Assembly: GCA_965197645.1 (NCBI GenBank) | Contig: OZ240219.1 | Coordinates: forward strand, 1,280,001 to 1,344,000 | Direction: 5' to 3' | Length of the DNA: 64,000 nt | Origin: Dehalococcoidia bacterium | Lineage (GTDB): Bacteria > Chloroflexota > Dehalococcoidia > Plut-88900 | Part shown: in pieces, positions 27,516 through 37,715 of the stretch | Position numbering within the stretch: position 1 is the first letter of the stretch | Layout of the letters: each line of letters starts with the position of its first letter | Made by a program: the position numbers and the translations under genes | Notes under the pieces: model-generated | Seen by the model: the letters and a program-made list of their open reading frames with translations, nothing else | What the model was told of the DNA's origin: nothing | Databases searched by the model: none

Positions 27516-28676
27516 CTACCGTAGCTCTCCCAGCTCCTGCAGCACCCACTGGTTGAAGACCCACACCCCCTCCTCCTGGGGCATGTAGACGTTGTGCTCG
27601 TGTCGCCGGGACCGTATCCCCTGCTGCTGCCACTCGCAGTTGTCCTTGTCCTGCAGGAAGGTGATGTCCCACAGCTCGTAGGCCTGCTTCACGTCGAAGT
27701 CCTCCCGCTCCATCGTCGAGGGTTGGAACAGCCAATCGTAGGTCATCTCTACGCGGGTGGGACTAATCGGCAGCATCTTCATCGAGTTCACGTAGTCCGG
27801 GTGAATGTTCAACGTGAAGTTGGGCCTTATGCCGCCCGACTGGTACGGGTTGTTACGCTCATCCTCGTTGAGGCCCGGAAAGGGAGGCCGGTTGGTAGTG
27901 CCGTCCAGCGTAAAGGTGACCATCCCCGGCGCCAGATCCAACCTGTACTCCGCTCCCGGTCTGCCATCGGGCTCCCAGGCCGGCTCCTCACTGGGCCACA
28001 GCAGCCCCCGACCGTGCAGCGGGACAACTTTGCAGAGTTCAGGGTGGACGTTGGGGCAGTGCATGCACTCGGCGAAGTTCTCGATGATGATCTTCCAGTT
28101 GGCCTCGATCTCCCGCACGACCCGGTGCCCGATCTTCAGGTCCTCCATGCGGTAGTTCGCGAACTGGGCCGGCATGTCGTCCAGGGTGTGAAGCAGGGGC
28201 GGGGCCTCGTTCCCCTGCAGGTTGACGAACACGAACCCTGCCCACTCGTCCACCGCCACGTCGTAGAGACGGTAGTCCCGCATATCGAAGTCGCCAACCT
28301 CCAGCCGGTTGGGCGTGGCGATGAGCCCACCCTCCAGCGAGTAGGTCCAACCGTGATAGGGACACACGATGGCGCCGCCAGCGAAGTTGCCCTGGGCCTC
28401 GGTGCACAGGATGGAACCGCGGTGCCGGCACGTGTTGTGGAAGGCTCGAAGGTTTCCGTCCCTGTTCCTGGTTACGAAGACGGACTGGTCGCCGATCTTG
28501 ACCACCACGTAGTCCCCGACCGTCGCCACCTCTTCGGTGCGGCAGGCGTATATCCACGACCGGTGCCAGAAGGTGTCCAGCTCACGCTGATAGTGGTCCG
28601 GATCGTAGTAGTAGCTGACGGGGATGCTCTTCTCCGTCTTCTCCAGGTACCGGGGTCCCTCTTTAGACGCCTGCAT
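27516..28676 (-). CDS. Rieske ring-hydroxylating oxygenase alpha subunit
   Basis: CRHRG..CPYHGW, NWKIIIENFAECMHCPNVHPEL, QD..CE..QQG. Confidence 0.92.
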   Translation of the reverse strand: MQASKEGPRYLEKTEKSIPVSYYYDPDHYQRELDTFWHRSWIYACRTEEVATVGDYVVVKIGDQSVFVTRNRDGNLRAFHNTCRHRGSILCTEAQGNFAGGAIVCPYHGWTYSLEGGLIATPNRLEVGDFDMRDYRLYDVAVDEWAGFVFVNLQGNEAPPLLHTLDDMPAQFANYRMEDLKIGHRVVREIEANWKIIIENFAECMHCPNVHPELCKVVPLHGRGLLWPSEEPAWEPDGRPGAEYRLDLAPGMVTFTLDGTTNRPPFPGLNEDERNNPYQSGGIRPNFTLNIHPDYVNSMKMLPISPTRVEMTYDWLFQPSTMEREDFDVKQAYELWDITFLQDKDNCEWQQQGIRSRRHEHNVYMPQEEGVWVFNQWVLQELGELR

Positions 28677-28691
28677 CTCTCTCCTCCGGGC

Positions 28692-28818
28692 CTAGGCCCT
28701 CTCGACTGCCGGGACCGCCTCTTCAGCGAAGAGCCGGGCCAGCTCCCTCATATCTTCGAAGGTGACGGCAGCCGTATGCGTCATAATGAAGTACTTGATG
28801 TCCTAGTCGTTCGGCCAG
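28692..28818 (-). pseudogene. 3' remnant of an LLM-class oxidoreductase
   Basis: LAERLG / IKYFIM..RELARLFAEEAVPAV* with one frameshift. Confidence 0.45.
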
Positions 28819-28836
28819 ACTAGGCACTCCTAACCT

Positions 28837-29289
28837 CTATGTCAACTCGGCCAGCCCGGCCAGTACGTCCCGAACGTGCTTCCCGATCATGATTTCGTTG
28901 TGGTACACGCCCTGGATAGTCCCCGCCTTGTCGATGAGGTAGGTGATCCGGGAGACGCCGAGCCCCCACCGACGCCGCACATCGTACATCCTCATTACCC
29001 CGCCATCGGGGTCCGATGCCAGGTGGAAGGGCAGAGAGTACGACTCCCTGAACCTGGCATGGCTCTCTGTGGAGTCGTTGCTCACGCCTACGACAAGCCC
29101 ATCCCTCTTTTCTATGGCCTCATGGGAATCACGGAGGCCGCACACCTCTCTCGTTCAGCCATAGGTAAAGTCCTTGGAGTAGAAGAACAGGACCACCTTC
29201 TTGGAGCCCCGCCAGTCGGACAGGCGGAAGGTCGTGCCATCATCCTGTACAGCCTCGAAGTCGGGCGCTTCAACGCCTACCTTGAGCAT
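28837..29289 (-). CDS. bcp: BCP/PrxQ peroxiredoxin, probable selenoprotein (in-frame TGA at codon 45)
   Basis: MLKVGVEAPDF..VLFFYSKDFTYG-U-TREVC..SRITYLID; SECIS-like hairpin after the TGA. Confidence 0.85.
29116..29139 (-). promoter_or_regulatory. Putative bacterial SECIS hairpin
   Basis: GGCCUC-CGUGAUUCCCAU-GAGGCC beginning at nt 16 after the UGA. Confidence 0.6.
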
Positions 29290-29390
29290 ATCGCTATGAT
29301 ACCACTCGTCCTTGGTTCCGTTGCCCTCCCGCACAGCGACTGCTTATACTCTGGCCTGCACTGGACCAGCCAGTCAGGGAGGAGCCGGGA

Positions 29391-30551
29391 ATGTCATCCG
29401 GAACCGTTGTAGACGCCGACAGCCACATCCTGGAACCCGCGACTCTGTGGCAAGAATACATGGACCCGGACTTCAAAGACCGGGCCATGCGCATCAGCGT
29501 GGATGACGAGGGCCTGGAGTACCTGGACATCGATGGACGGGTAAGCTCCGGATACAATGGCGGAGTGCTGGGCCGCATAGCCGCCATCGAGAAGGGCCGA
29601 GAATGGATGATGGAGCACACCTTGCTCCCCTACGCCGAGGCCGCTAACCTCGCTCCCGGCGCCGCCGACGCCCACGAAAGGATCAAGCACCTCCAGCGGG
29701 AAGGCGTAGACCGGACCTTCCTCTTCCCTTCGCTCGGCCTCGGCTGGGAGTTCGATATGAAGACCCCGCCCTGTCTGCGGCCTACTGCAGGGCCTACAAC
29801 AGGTGGCTAGTGGACTTCTGCAAACCCTACCCGGACCGGCTCGTGCCCATCGCCCACGTTTCCGTGAGAGATGTCGATGAGGGGGTAAAGGAGCTTGAAA
29901 GGGTTGCCGGTGACGGAATGAGGGGCGGCTTCATCAGCCCAGCCCCTGTCAACGGCATCCGCTACGGCCACGATTACTACGATCCCTTCTGGGCCGCCGC
30001 CCAGGACCTGAACATGCCCATAACCCTCCACGTGGCACTCAATCCCCAATACGTAGGCAGTAATTACTACTCCGACGACCCGGGCCTCGCGCCGGAGCTT
30101 TTCGTCGAGAGTATGCCCTTCGGCGACCCATTCATTGGCTTCACCAACCTGATGGCCGAAGGAGTTTTTGAAAAGTTCTCCAACCTGCGGATCGTCATGG
30201 TCGAGATCGGCGCAACGTGGATAGCCCATTGGCTGGACATCCTGGACTTCCGTTCCGGCCGTTTCGACTTCGAGAGCAACCTCAGAATGAAGCCCAGCGA
30301 GTACTTCACACGTCAGTGCTGGATCAGCGCCGAGCCCATCGAGAAGGGCATAGGCGTAGTTGCACAGATCGTCGGCGTGGACAGGTTCACCTGGGGGCTC
30401 CGATTGGCCTCACCCCGAGGGCCACACCGCCCCTGTGCGAAAGGTCAAGGAGAATATCGCCAATCTTCCCGAGGCCGACCAGCGACGGATCCTCGGCGAA
30501 AACGCCCTGGCCCTCTACCGGATGGACATCCCAGCCCCGACCGCCGGATAG
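29391..30551 (+). pseudogene. Amidohydrolase family 2 gene with two frameshifts
   Basis: DADSHILEP..; one base missing near 29761; extra G in GGGGG near 30393 before (W)GSDWPH. Confidence 0.8.
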
Positions 30552-30598
30552 CCAGCCGGCTTGTTATTCCGCCCATTGAAGAAGGGACGGACCGGAAG

Positions 30599-31381
30599 CT
30601 AGGCCCCGCCTGATACTTCGATCGTCGCCCCGGACACGTAGCTGGCCTCGTCGGAGCAGAGGAAGGCCGCCACGGCGGCTACCTCTTCGGCCTTGCCCGG
30701 CCGTCCCAGCGGGATCCCCGCGACTTGCTGCTCCTGCTCCTCGTTCGAAAGGTCGTTGTAACGCTGCGCGACCCTGGCGTTCGACTCAGTGAGAATGAAG
30801 CCGGGCATGATGGCGTTGACGGTGATTCCAAAGGGGCCCAGGTCCTTGGCCAGCTGGTTGGTAAGCCCGACGACTCCGGCCTTGGCCCCGGCATAGGGCA
30901 GCCGTGCCGCCGATGGTCCCCTAGGCCCGAAAGTTCCCTTGGCCGACACCGACGAGAAGTTCACGATGCGGCCGCTGCCCTGGGCCTTCATGTGAGGCGC
31001 CACCGCTCGACAGCACAGGAAGGCGCTCTTGAAGTTTCGGTCGGTCACCTGGTCAAGGAGCTCGTCGGTGACGTCCTCGATGTGGTCAATTCCCACGGTG
31101 CCGCTGCCGCCTGCGTTGTTCACCAGAATGTCCACCCGGCCGAACCGTTTCAGCGCCAGGTCCACCATCTTCGCAACCTGGGCCGAGTCGGTAACGTCGG
31201 TCGCAACGCTGGCCAGGTTCTCTGCGGGAGCGTCGAAATCCAAGACGGCCTTCGCCACCTTGTCACCCTGAACGTCGGAGGCCACGACCATCGCTCCACG
31301 CTCCGCAAGCAGGCTGGCAATCGCCTTCCCGATGCCCTGAGCGGCCCCGGTGACTATGGCGACCTTGCCGTCCAAGCTCAT
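30599..31381 (-). CDS. SDR family oxidoreductase
   Basis: TGAAQGIG, NNAG, YAGAK. Confidence 0.92.
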   Translation of the reverse strand: MSLDGKVAIVTGAAQGIGKAIASLLAERGAMVVASDVQGDKVAKAVLDFDAPAENLASVATDVTDSAQVAKMVDLALKRFGRVDILVNNAGGSGTVGIDHIEDVTDELLDQVTDRNFKSAFLCCRAVAPHMKAQGSGRIVNFSSVSAKGTFGPRGPSAARLPYAGAKAGVVGLTNQLAKDLGPFGITVNAIMPGFILTESNARVAQRYNDLSNEEQEQQVAGIPLGRPGKAEEVAAVAAFLCSDEASYVSGATIEVSGGA

Positions 31382-31390
31382 CTAATGCGC

Positions 31391-32512
31391 TCAGTTGAAG
31401 TTGTAGACCGCCGCCGCATTGCCCCCGACGATCTTCGCCTTCTCGTCCTCGGGTACGCCCTCGAGAATCTCGTCCAGGATCTGCTTGGACCGGGGGAAGG
31501 TGGACTCGGTGTGGGGATAGTCCGAGCCCCACATCAGATTATCGATGCCTATGGCCTCCCGGTCTCTGATCCCCCGTCCGTCTTCCTGAAAGCTCAGGTA
31601 AACGTTACGATGGAAGAAGTCGCTGGGCAGTGCATCCCCTTTGAACCGCTGCCACGAGTCCCCCCTGGGTGCCCGCTGGGTATAGGTGTAGTCCAACATG
31701 TCGATGAAGTAGGGCGCCCACGCCAACTCGTGCTCCACGGACACTACCTTCAGGTCCGGATAGCGCTCGAACACACCGCCGAAGATGATCTGGGCCAGCG
31801 ACATCCGCACCCAGTAATCGATGTTGGCCAGTGCACCGGGGTGCACGTCGGTCGGGTCGGCGAAGTTCTGCCCGGGCCCGGGCCTGCCCGTGGCGATGTG
31901 TAGGCTAAGGGGCATACCCATCTCCTGTGCCGCGGCCCAGAAGGGTTCGTACTCCGGCCTGGAATAGGGCATATCTTCACTGGGGTAGACGGTGATCATC
32001 GCCCCTACCAACCCCGCCTTGCGGTTGCTCTCCAGCTCCCCTACCGCCTCCTCGATGTTGTCCACGTTTATCATGGCAACACCTTTCATCCGGCCGGGAT
32101 AGGCGCCGCAGAACTCTGCCAGCCACTGGTTGTAGGTCTGGCACAGGACCGTCAGGAGCCGGCTATCGGGCACACCGTATATCAGCAGCCCCTCGGTGGG
32201 GTAGATCACCTCCCCGTCGACGCCGTCCATGTCCAGGTCCGGTATCCGGTCATCGGGCAGGTAGCCACCGGCCCTTACGTCGTCCCATCGACCGTACATC
32301 CTCAGGTCCTCGGGGCGGTCAAACCGGACGCCCGCCTGGGTGCCGCTCTGAAAGGAGTTGGTGCGGATGTCGCCGATGTACCACCAGTCGCCCTCCTCCT
32401 CGGATACCACGCGGGGGGCCTGGTCCCTGTACTTAGCCTCTATCCGTTCGGTCCACAGGTCCGGTGGTTCAATGGCATGGGAATCCGATGAAATAATCTT
32501 GTAGCCGGCCAT
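31391..32512 (-). CDS. Amidohydrolase family 2 protein
   Basis: SSDSHAIEP, SLH, WGSDYPHTES. Confidence 0.9.
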   Translation of the reverse strand: MAGYKIISSDSHAIEPPDLWTERIEAKYRDQAPRVVSEEEGDWWYIGDIRTNSFQSGTQAGVRFDRPEDLRMYGRWDDVRAGGYLPDDRIPDLDMDGVDGEVIYPTEGLLIYGVPDSRLLTVLCQTYNQWLAEFCGAYPGRMKGVAMINVDNIEEAVGELESNRKAGLVGAMITVYPSEDMPYSRPEYEPFWAAAQEMGMPLSLHIATGRPGPGQNFADPTDVHPGALANIDYWVRMSLAQIIFGGVFERYPDLKVVSVEHELAWAPYFIDMLDYTYTQRAPRGDSWQRFKGDALPSDFFHRNVYLSFQEDGRGIRDREAIGIDNLMWGSDYPHTESTFPRSKQILDEILEGVPEDEKAKIVGGNAAAVYNFN

Positions 32513-32538
32513 AGCTCTGTCCTCCACACTGGGCGTAG

Positions 32539-33420
32539 TTACAGCCCTAGAATTCTCTCTGCATTGGTCCCCAGCATCCCTTCCTTCTCTTCTTGGGCCA
32601 GTCCGGGGAGCCCCATGACTATATCGACGCTCCGGTCCATATCATACCAGGGAAAATCGGAGCCCAACATCACCCTCTCGGGTCCTATCCCCTTGATGAG
32701 GGCGCCTAGCTGCTCGTAGGTGGGTGCGTTGGTGCCGCCGGTCCACTCCATGATCTCGCAGCAGTCGAAGTAGGCGTGAGGATAGGCCTGGGCCAGCTCC
32801 AGCGTCTCCGTCCACGCTCCACCTCCCAGGTGGGCCAGCACCATGGTCAGGTCCGGGTAGTTCTCCAGCACCGGTGCATAGGCCTTGGGCGTTCCGAAGG
32901 CGTTCCCCGTCCGTTCGGGCCCCGAGTGGGAGATTATCGGAATCCCCAGGTCCTGGCAGGTCTCGTAGGTGGGTGCCATTTTCGGGTCTCCCATCTCGAA
33001 CCCCTGCAACACGGGATGAAGCTTGACCCCTCGGGCCCCGTGGTTCTCGACCATGTCTCGAATGTGGGCCGCCATCTCATCGCCGGGCAGGATGAACGGG
33101 TCTGCGCTTATGTAAGCGATCAAGCCATCGTGGGGTGCCGCCAGATCGCAAGCCCACCTGTTGTAGGCCAATAGCTCCGCCGCCAGGTCCGCCCCCTTCG
33201 TCCGAGACTCGGACCCGAACAGATTGACCACCACGGCCTTGGAGATCCCCGCCTTGTCCATGGCGTCCAGGGCATCTTCCACGTCGCCATCGTACTTGCT
33301 GAACTTCATATCCGATTTCTGGCCGTATTCCCAGATCTCGTAGTTCTCTTTGCCGGAACGGCCCTCCTCCTTGGTAGCGCTGACGTGGATATGGGCATCG
33401 ATCAGGATGGGACTGGCCAC
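32539..33420 (-). CDS. Amidohydrolase family 2 protein
   Basis: IDAHIH, GVKLHP, AHLGG, GSDFP. Confidence 0.9.
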   Translation of the reverse strand: MASPILIDAHIHVSATKEEGRSGKENYEIWEYGQKSDMKFSKYDGDVEDALDAMDKAGISKAVVVNLFGSESRTKGADLAAELLAYNRWACDLAAPHDGLIAYISADPFILPGDEMAAHIRDMVENHGARGVKLHPVLQGFEMGDPKMAPTYETCQDLGIPIISHSGPERTGNAFGTPKAYAPVLENYPDLTMVLAHLGGGAWTETLELAQAYPHAYFDCCEIMEWTGGTNAPTYEQLGALIKGIGPERVMLGSDFPWYDMDRSVDIVMGLPGLAQEEKEGMLGTNAERILGL

Positions 33421-33579
33421 GTTCTCCTCCTTCCGCCCGTAATCGCCGAACCGGTGATCGGTGCATGGGGTGAAACCATACTATCTTGAAGTCGATAATG
33501 TAGCAAGGCGATTGCCACCTTGAACCGGGTCTTTTATACTCGCAAACACTTGGCGACCCAGTCGATGCAGGTGAACGGA

Positions 33580-34356
33580 ATGACTCCGAAGCAGATAGAT
33601 CTCAGCGGCAAGATAGCGGCGGTAACCGGCTCGAGCCGGGGAATCGGTGCAGCCCTAGCCAAGGGACTGGCCGCCTACGGGGCCGTGGTATCGGTGCTCG
33701 ACCTACCCGAGGCGCAGAGCGACGCCCATTCGGTGGTTGCCGAGATCGGCGAGGCCGGAGGCGAGGCCCAGGCCCTGGAGTGCGACGTCCGCTACCCGGA
33801 CTCCATATACAGAGCCATAGCCGCCATCGTAGAAAAGTACGGCCGAATTGACATCATGTGCAACAACGCTGGAGTCGCCATGCGAGAGGAGGCCCTGCAG
33901 CTCACCAGGGAGCAGTGGGACTCGGTACACGACGTCAACCTGCGGGGGGTTTTCTTCGGCTGCCAGGCCGCCGCAAGGGAGATGATCAAGACGGGCGGCG
34001 GCGCGATAGTCAACACCGCCTCGGAGCTGGCCTTCGTCGTCTCTAGGATGGGCGGATCGACCGTCTACAACTCCAGCAAGGGCGGGGTGGTCAACCTCAC
34101 CCGTTCCCTGGCCGTCGAGTGGGCGCCCCACAATATCCGGGTCAACGGCCTTGCTCCCGGTCCCACCCGCACCGATATGATGAAGGGCACCTTGGAAAAG
34201 CCGGGCGGATACGAGGCCGCCATAGATAACGTGCCCATGGGCGATGTCATGGAGCCGGAGGACATGGTCGGCGCGGTGGCCTACCTGGCCAGCGATATGG
34301 CCCGCATGGTCACCGGCCATGTCATTCTCGTTGACGGCGGGCGCTCTCTGATCTGA
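33580..34356 (+). CDS. SDR family oxidoreductase (tandem copy 1)
   Basis: TGSSRGIG, NNAG, YNSSK. Confidence 0.92.
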   Translation: MTPKQIDLSGKIAAVTGSSRGIGAALAKGLAAYGAVVSVLDLPEAQSDAHSVVAEIGEAGGEAQALECDVRYPDSIYRAIAAIVEKYGRIDIMCNNAGVAMREEALQLTREQWDSVHDVNLRGVFFGCQAAAREMIKTGGGAIVNTASELAFVVSRMGGSTVYNSSKGGVVNLTRSLAVEWAPHNIRVNGLAPGPTRTDMMKGTLEKPGGYEAAIDNVPMGDVMEPEDMVGAVAYLASDMARMVTGHVILVDGGRSLI

Positions 34357-34375
34357 TTGAACGGAAGGCGGACTC

Positions 34376-35152
34376 ATGCCTGGCAATCCGATTGACCTCA
34401 GCGGCAAGATAGCGGCGGTAACCGGGTCCAGCCGCGGGATCGGCGCTGCTCTTGCCCGGGGACTCGCTTCCTACGGTGCGGTAGTCAACATCCTCGATCT
34501 TCCCCAGACCCAGGAAGCCGCCCGGGCCGTAGTATCCGAAATCGGAGAGACCGGCGGCGTCGCCCAGGCCCTGGAATGCGATGTCCGGGATCCCGACTCC
34601 ATCTACAGGGCCATCGCCGCCGTGGTGGAGAAGTACGGCCGTATCGACATAATGTGCAACAACGCCGGCATCGGCGAGGGAGACTCCGCCCTGGAGATGA
34701 CTCCCGAGCAATGGGACTCGGTCCAGCACGTCAACCTGCGAGGGGTCTTCTTCGGCTGCCAGGCCGCCGCAAGGGAGATGATCAAGACGGGTGGGGGCGC
34801 GATAGTCAACACCGCCTCGGAGCTGGCCTTTGTGGTGCCCAAGACGGGTATTTCGGCGGTCTACAATGCAAGCAAGGGCGGGGTCGTCCGCTTGACCAAG
34901 TCCCTAGCGGTCGAGTGGGCGCCCCACAACATCCGGGTCAACGGGATTGCTCCGGGCCCCACCCGGACCGATATGCTCATGCCCTCGCTGGAAGACCCGG
35001 AGATATACGACGCTGAGGTCGGCATGGTACCCATGGGCGTCATCATGGAGCCCGGGGACATGGCCGATGCCGTGGCTTATCTCGTCAGCGACCTGGCCCG
35101 GATGGTGACCGGCCACATCGTGGTCATTGATGGCGGTAAATCGCTAATCTAG
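34376..35152 (+). CDS. SDR family oxidoreductase (tandem copy 2)
   Basis: TGSSRGIG, NNAG, YNASK. Confidence 0.92.
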   Translation: MPGNPIDLSGKIAAVTGSSRGIGAALARGLASYGAVVNILDLPQTQEAARAVVSEIGETGGVAQALECDVRDPDSIYRAIAAVVEKYGRIDIMCNNAGIGEGDSALEMTPEQWDSVQHVNLRGVFFGCQAAAREMIKTGGGAIVNTASELAFVVPKTGISAVYNASKGGVVRLTKSLAVEWAPHNIRVNGIAPGPTRTDMLMPSLEDPEIYDAEVGMVPMGVIMEPGDMADAVAYLVSDLARMVTGHIVVIDGGKSLI

Positions 35153-35241
35153 GCCTCGAGGGGTTGTCCTCTTACTGCGGGTGACGGATCCAGAGAATCC
35201 CCCAGATTCCTGGACAGAATCCGAATGACAGAGGCGTATCC

Positions 35242-35336
35242 GGGGAGTCCAGAGGGCTTCCCTCAGGCAGGGGGTATGGGGGATGTGCCCCCAACATACA
35301 AACTAATCATCCTAGGGCGGGTGGGAGGGAAAAGCC
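35242..35336 (-). repeat. Dispersed palindromic element, copy of the 18238 family
   Basis: GGGAGTCCAGAGGG..GGCAGGGGGTATGGGGGATGTGCCCCCAAC is close to the reverse complement of 18236-18291; followed by GGGCGGGTGGGAGGGAAAA. Confidence 0.85.
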
Positions 35337-35428
35337 ACGCGGGGGGGTGGGCAGGCCGGCGAAGAGGATTCCTCGGCGGACTCGGAATGACGGGGGGACG
35401 CCCCTTATTACGGGTGCGGGCGCCCTCT

Positions 35429-36322
35429 TTACTTGTCCACGAAGAACTCGATGCGGAATCCGTCGGGGTCTTCCAGGAAGATGCTGCGTTTCCCCTCGTC
35501 GTCTTCACGCAATGCCGGACTAATGCCGGCCTTTTCCATCTCCGCTTCCGCCCTGTCCAAGTCCTCTTGGCCGGCCATCTCAAAGCTGAACTGGCGCAGC
35601 CCCTCTCCTTGTCCATCATCGACCTGAACGAGGGTCAGGTCCGGCAGCCCCAACGTGCCTCCCAGGACCACCGAGCCATCATCCCCGTTGCTTCCCACTA
35701 TGCTCAGCCCACCAACATCCTCGAAGAAACGGGTCATCATCTCCAGGTCCCGTACCCCGAAGGTTGCCCGCGCTACCCGTTCCGGCTGGAAGATGGCGCC
35801 GTCCACCCGCCGGATCTCAGGACTGACGGGATACATACCCTGGGGATGGGGAGCCGGGTCTCCGGGGTGCCACTCGGAGGTCATGTTGTCGAACCGCTGG
35901 GGGTCCATGACCACACGCCAGTCCGTCATGGCGTCGGCGTAGAACTCGTGGCCGTTGCCCTCGGGGTCGGAGAGGTAAATCCCGTAGGAGATCTGGTGGT
36001 AGGCCATGAAATCTATCTTCACTCCGGCCTCCCGCGCCCTTTCGTAGGCCTCCACCTGTTCCACCTGGTTCTCCAGCTCCCAGCCCAGGTGATTCAGGAC
36101 CGGCTCCTTCTCCATCACCCTGGCCTCGATGAGGGCCACGTCATGGTGAGTGTTGCCGTTGGATAGAAACCCCGCTTTGATATCCGGCTCCCAGCGCACA
36201 TGTTCGATCCCCAGGACCTGGTTGTAGAACTCCACCGAGCTCTGCAGGTTGCTGACGGTCAGGTTCACGTGACCCAGCCGCCGCGGCTTGAACTCGACGT
36301 TTGGGGACTGCTTACTGGTCAT
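35429..36322 (-). CDS. VOC family protein (extradiol dioxygenase-like, two domains)
   Basis: LGHVNL, HHDVAL, LNHLGW, YLSDPEGNGHE. Confidence 0.85.
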   Translation of the reverse strand: MTSKQSPNVEFKPRRLGHVNLTVSNLQSSVEFYNQVLGIEHVRWEPDIKAGFLSNGNTHHDVALIEARVMEKEPVLNHLGWELENQVEQVEAYERAREAGVKIDFMAYHQISYGIYLSDPEGNGHEFYADAMTDWRVVMDPQRFDNMTSEWHPGDPAPHPQGMYPVSPEIRRVDGAIFQPERVARATFGVRDLEMMTRFFEDVGGLSIVGSNGDDGSVVLGGTLGLPDLTLVQVDDGQGEGLRQFSFEMAGQEDLDRAEAEMEKAGISPALREDDEGKRSIFLEDPDGFRIEFFVDK

Positions 36323-36432
36323 GACTTCTCTCCCTCTAGGCTAGTGCTTCTACACGGTGCTGATGACTCTTCCTATCATCCCCTGGCGTTCTTCCTGACC
36401 AGGAAGGGAATCGAAATCGTATTCGACGGACA

Positions 36433-36500
36433 CCCCTTCGGCGGGCTCAGGGCAGGCTCTTGGACTCCCGGCAAAGGGGCGAAGCCCCTCTGTACACCCC
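36433..36500. repeat. REP-like hairpin element
   Basis: CCCTTCG..GCTCAGGGCAGGC then TGGACTCCC..AGGGGCGAAGCCCCT hairpin. Confidence 0.5.
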
Positions 36501-36516
36501 ATCCCGGATATCGCGT

Positions 36517-37656
36517 TTAGCTGTTCTTGAACACCTCGAGGGCGTTCTCCCCCACAACCATGTTCTGGTCATCCTCGGGCAGGAACCCGACCATGTCCTG
36601 CAGCGCTGATCGGGCCTCCAGTCCTATTGATCTAATGTGTGGGAAATCGGAGCCCCACATTACCTGGCTGGCGCCTATCTGGGGGATGGCGTGTTCGGCC
36701 ACGGTATCATCGATGAATCCGTGGAACACTTTGGTCCGCATGTAGTCGCTGGCCTTCATCTCGGTCTGGCCGAGGAAGAGCCGAGGGCCTATGTCTTCGA
36801 TCTGGTCCAGCCGGGCCATGAACCCCGGCACCCACGAAAGCTCGAACTCGCTGGAGACTACTTTCAGACCGGGGAAGCGGTCCAGTATCCCGCCGAAGAT
36901 GAAATCGTCGGCTAGGGTGAGCTGGATCTCGTTGAACATCTCTATCCACAGGCTGGGGTTTTCCGTCCGCTCCTCCTGAGTCTGGATGTTGGCGATGACC
37001 AGGGGATCGAGCTTCCGGCCGGTGAGGAGATGCAGGGTGACGGGGGCTTTCGCCTCGTTGGCGGCGGCCCAGAACGGATCGTAGATCGAGTTGCGATAGT
37101 GGGGCCGGTCGTCGGGCGCCTGGCAGTTGATCATCGGGCCGACGAGTCCCTTCTTGAGAGTCCTCTCCAACTCCTTTACCGCCCAATCGACGTCGTACAT
37201 CGGTATAACGCTGATGGGGATTAGCCTGTCCGGAGCGTGGGAGGCGAACTCGGCAACCCAGTCGTTGTAGACCTCGGAGCACCGCTGCACCACCTCGGTG
37301 TCCGGGTTCTTGAGGACCCCCAGCATGGTGGTGGGATTCATGACCTCGGCCTGGAGGCCGGCCTCCATCTGAAACTGCACCCTGACCGCCGGGTCCCAAC
37401 CGCCGTCCCCAAACCCTTTCTCCACCGCTTCCATGGCGGCGGCCTCGGTATCGGGGCTGTCCTCGTAGGACTCCCATACCGGCCAGTCCTTGTATCCCGA
37501 GTAGTAGAAGTTGCCCTTCTTACCCTGGTACTCGTCCAGCGATCGAGGCGTCCGGTCGCCCAGCTCATCTCCCAGGGCGTTCCACCACAGGTCCGGGGGC
37601 TCCATCACGTGGGAGTCCGCCGAAACTACCTGCTTGAACTGCTGCGAGTTTGCCAT
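36517..37656 (-). CDS. Amidohydrolase family 2 protein
   Basis: SADSHVMEP, YDPFW, WGSDFPH. Confidence 0.9.
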   Translation of the reverse strand: MANSQQFKQVVSADSHVMEPPDLWWNALGDELGDRTPRSLDEYQGKKGNFYYSGYKDWPVWESYEDSPDTEAAAMEAVEKGFGDGGWDPAVRVQFQMEAGLQAEVMNPTTMLGVLKNPDTEVVQRCSEVYNDWVAEFASHAPDRLIPISVIPMYDVDWAVKELERTLKKGLVGPMINCQAPDDRPHYRNSIYDPFWAAANEAKAPVTLHLLTGRKLDPLVIANIQTQEERTENPSLWIEMFNEIQLTLADDFIFGGILDRFPGLKVVSSEFELSWVPGFMARLDQIEDIGPRLFLGQTEMKASDYMRTKVFHGFIDDTVAEHAIPQIGASQVMWGSDFPHIRSIGLEARSALQDMVGFLPEDDQNMVVGENALEVFKNS

Positions 37657-37715
37657 CTCACCCCTCCCTTTCTATTCAATCCATGCCGCACGTATGCATC
37701 AAGCCGTTACTACAG

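Noticed and set aside
29755-30400. Programmed frameshifting in the amidohydrolase
   Set aside because: Would need two opposite shifts; no canonical slippery heptamer
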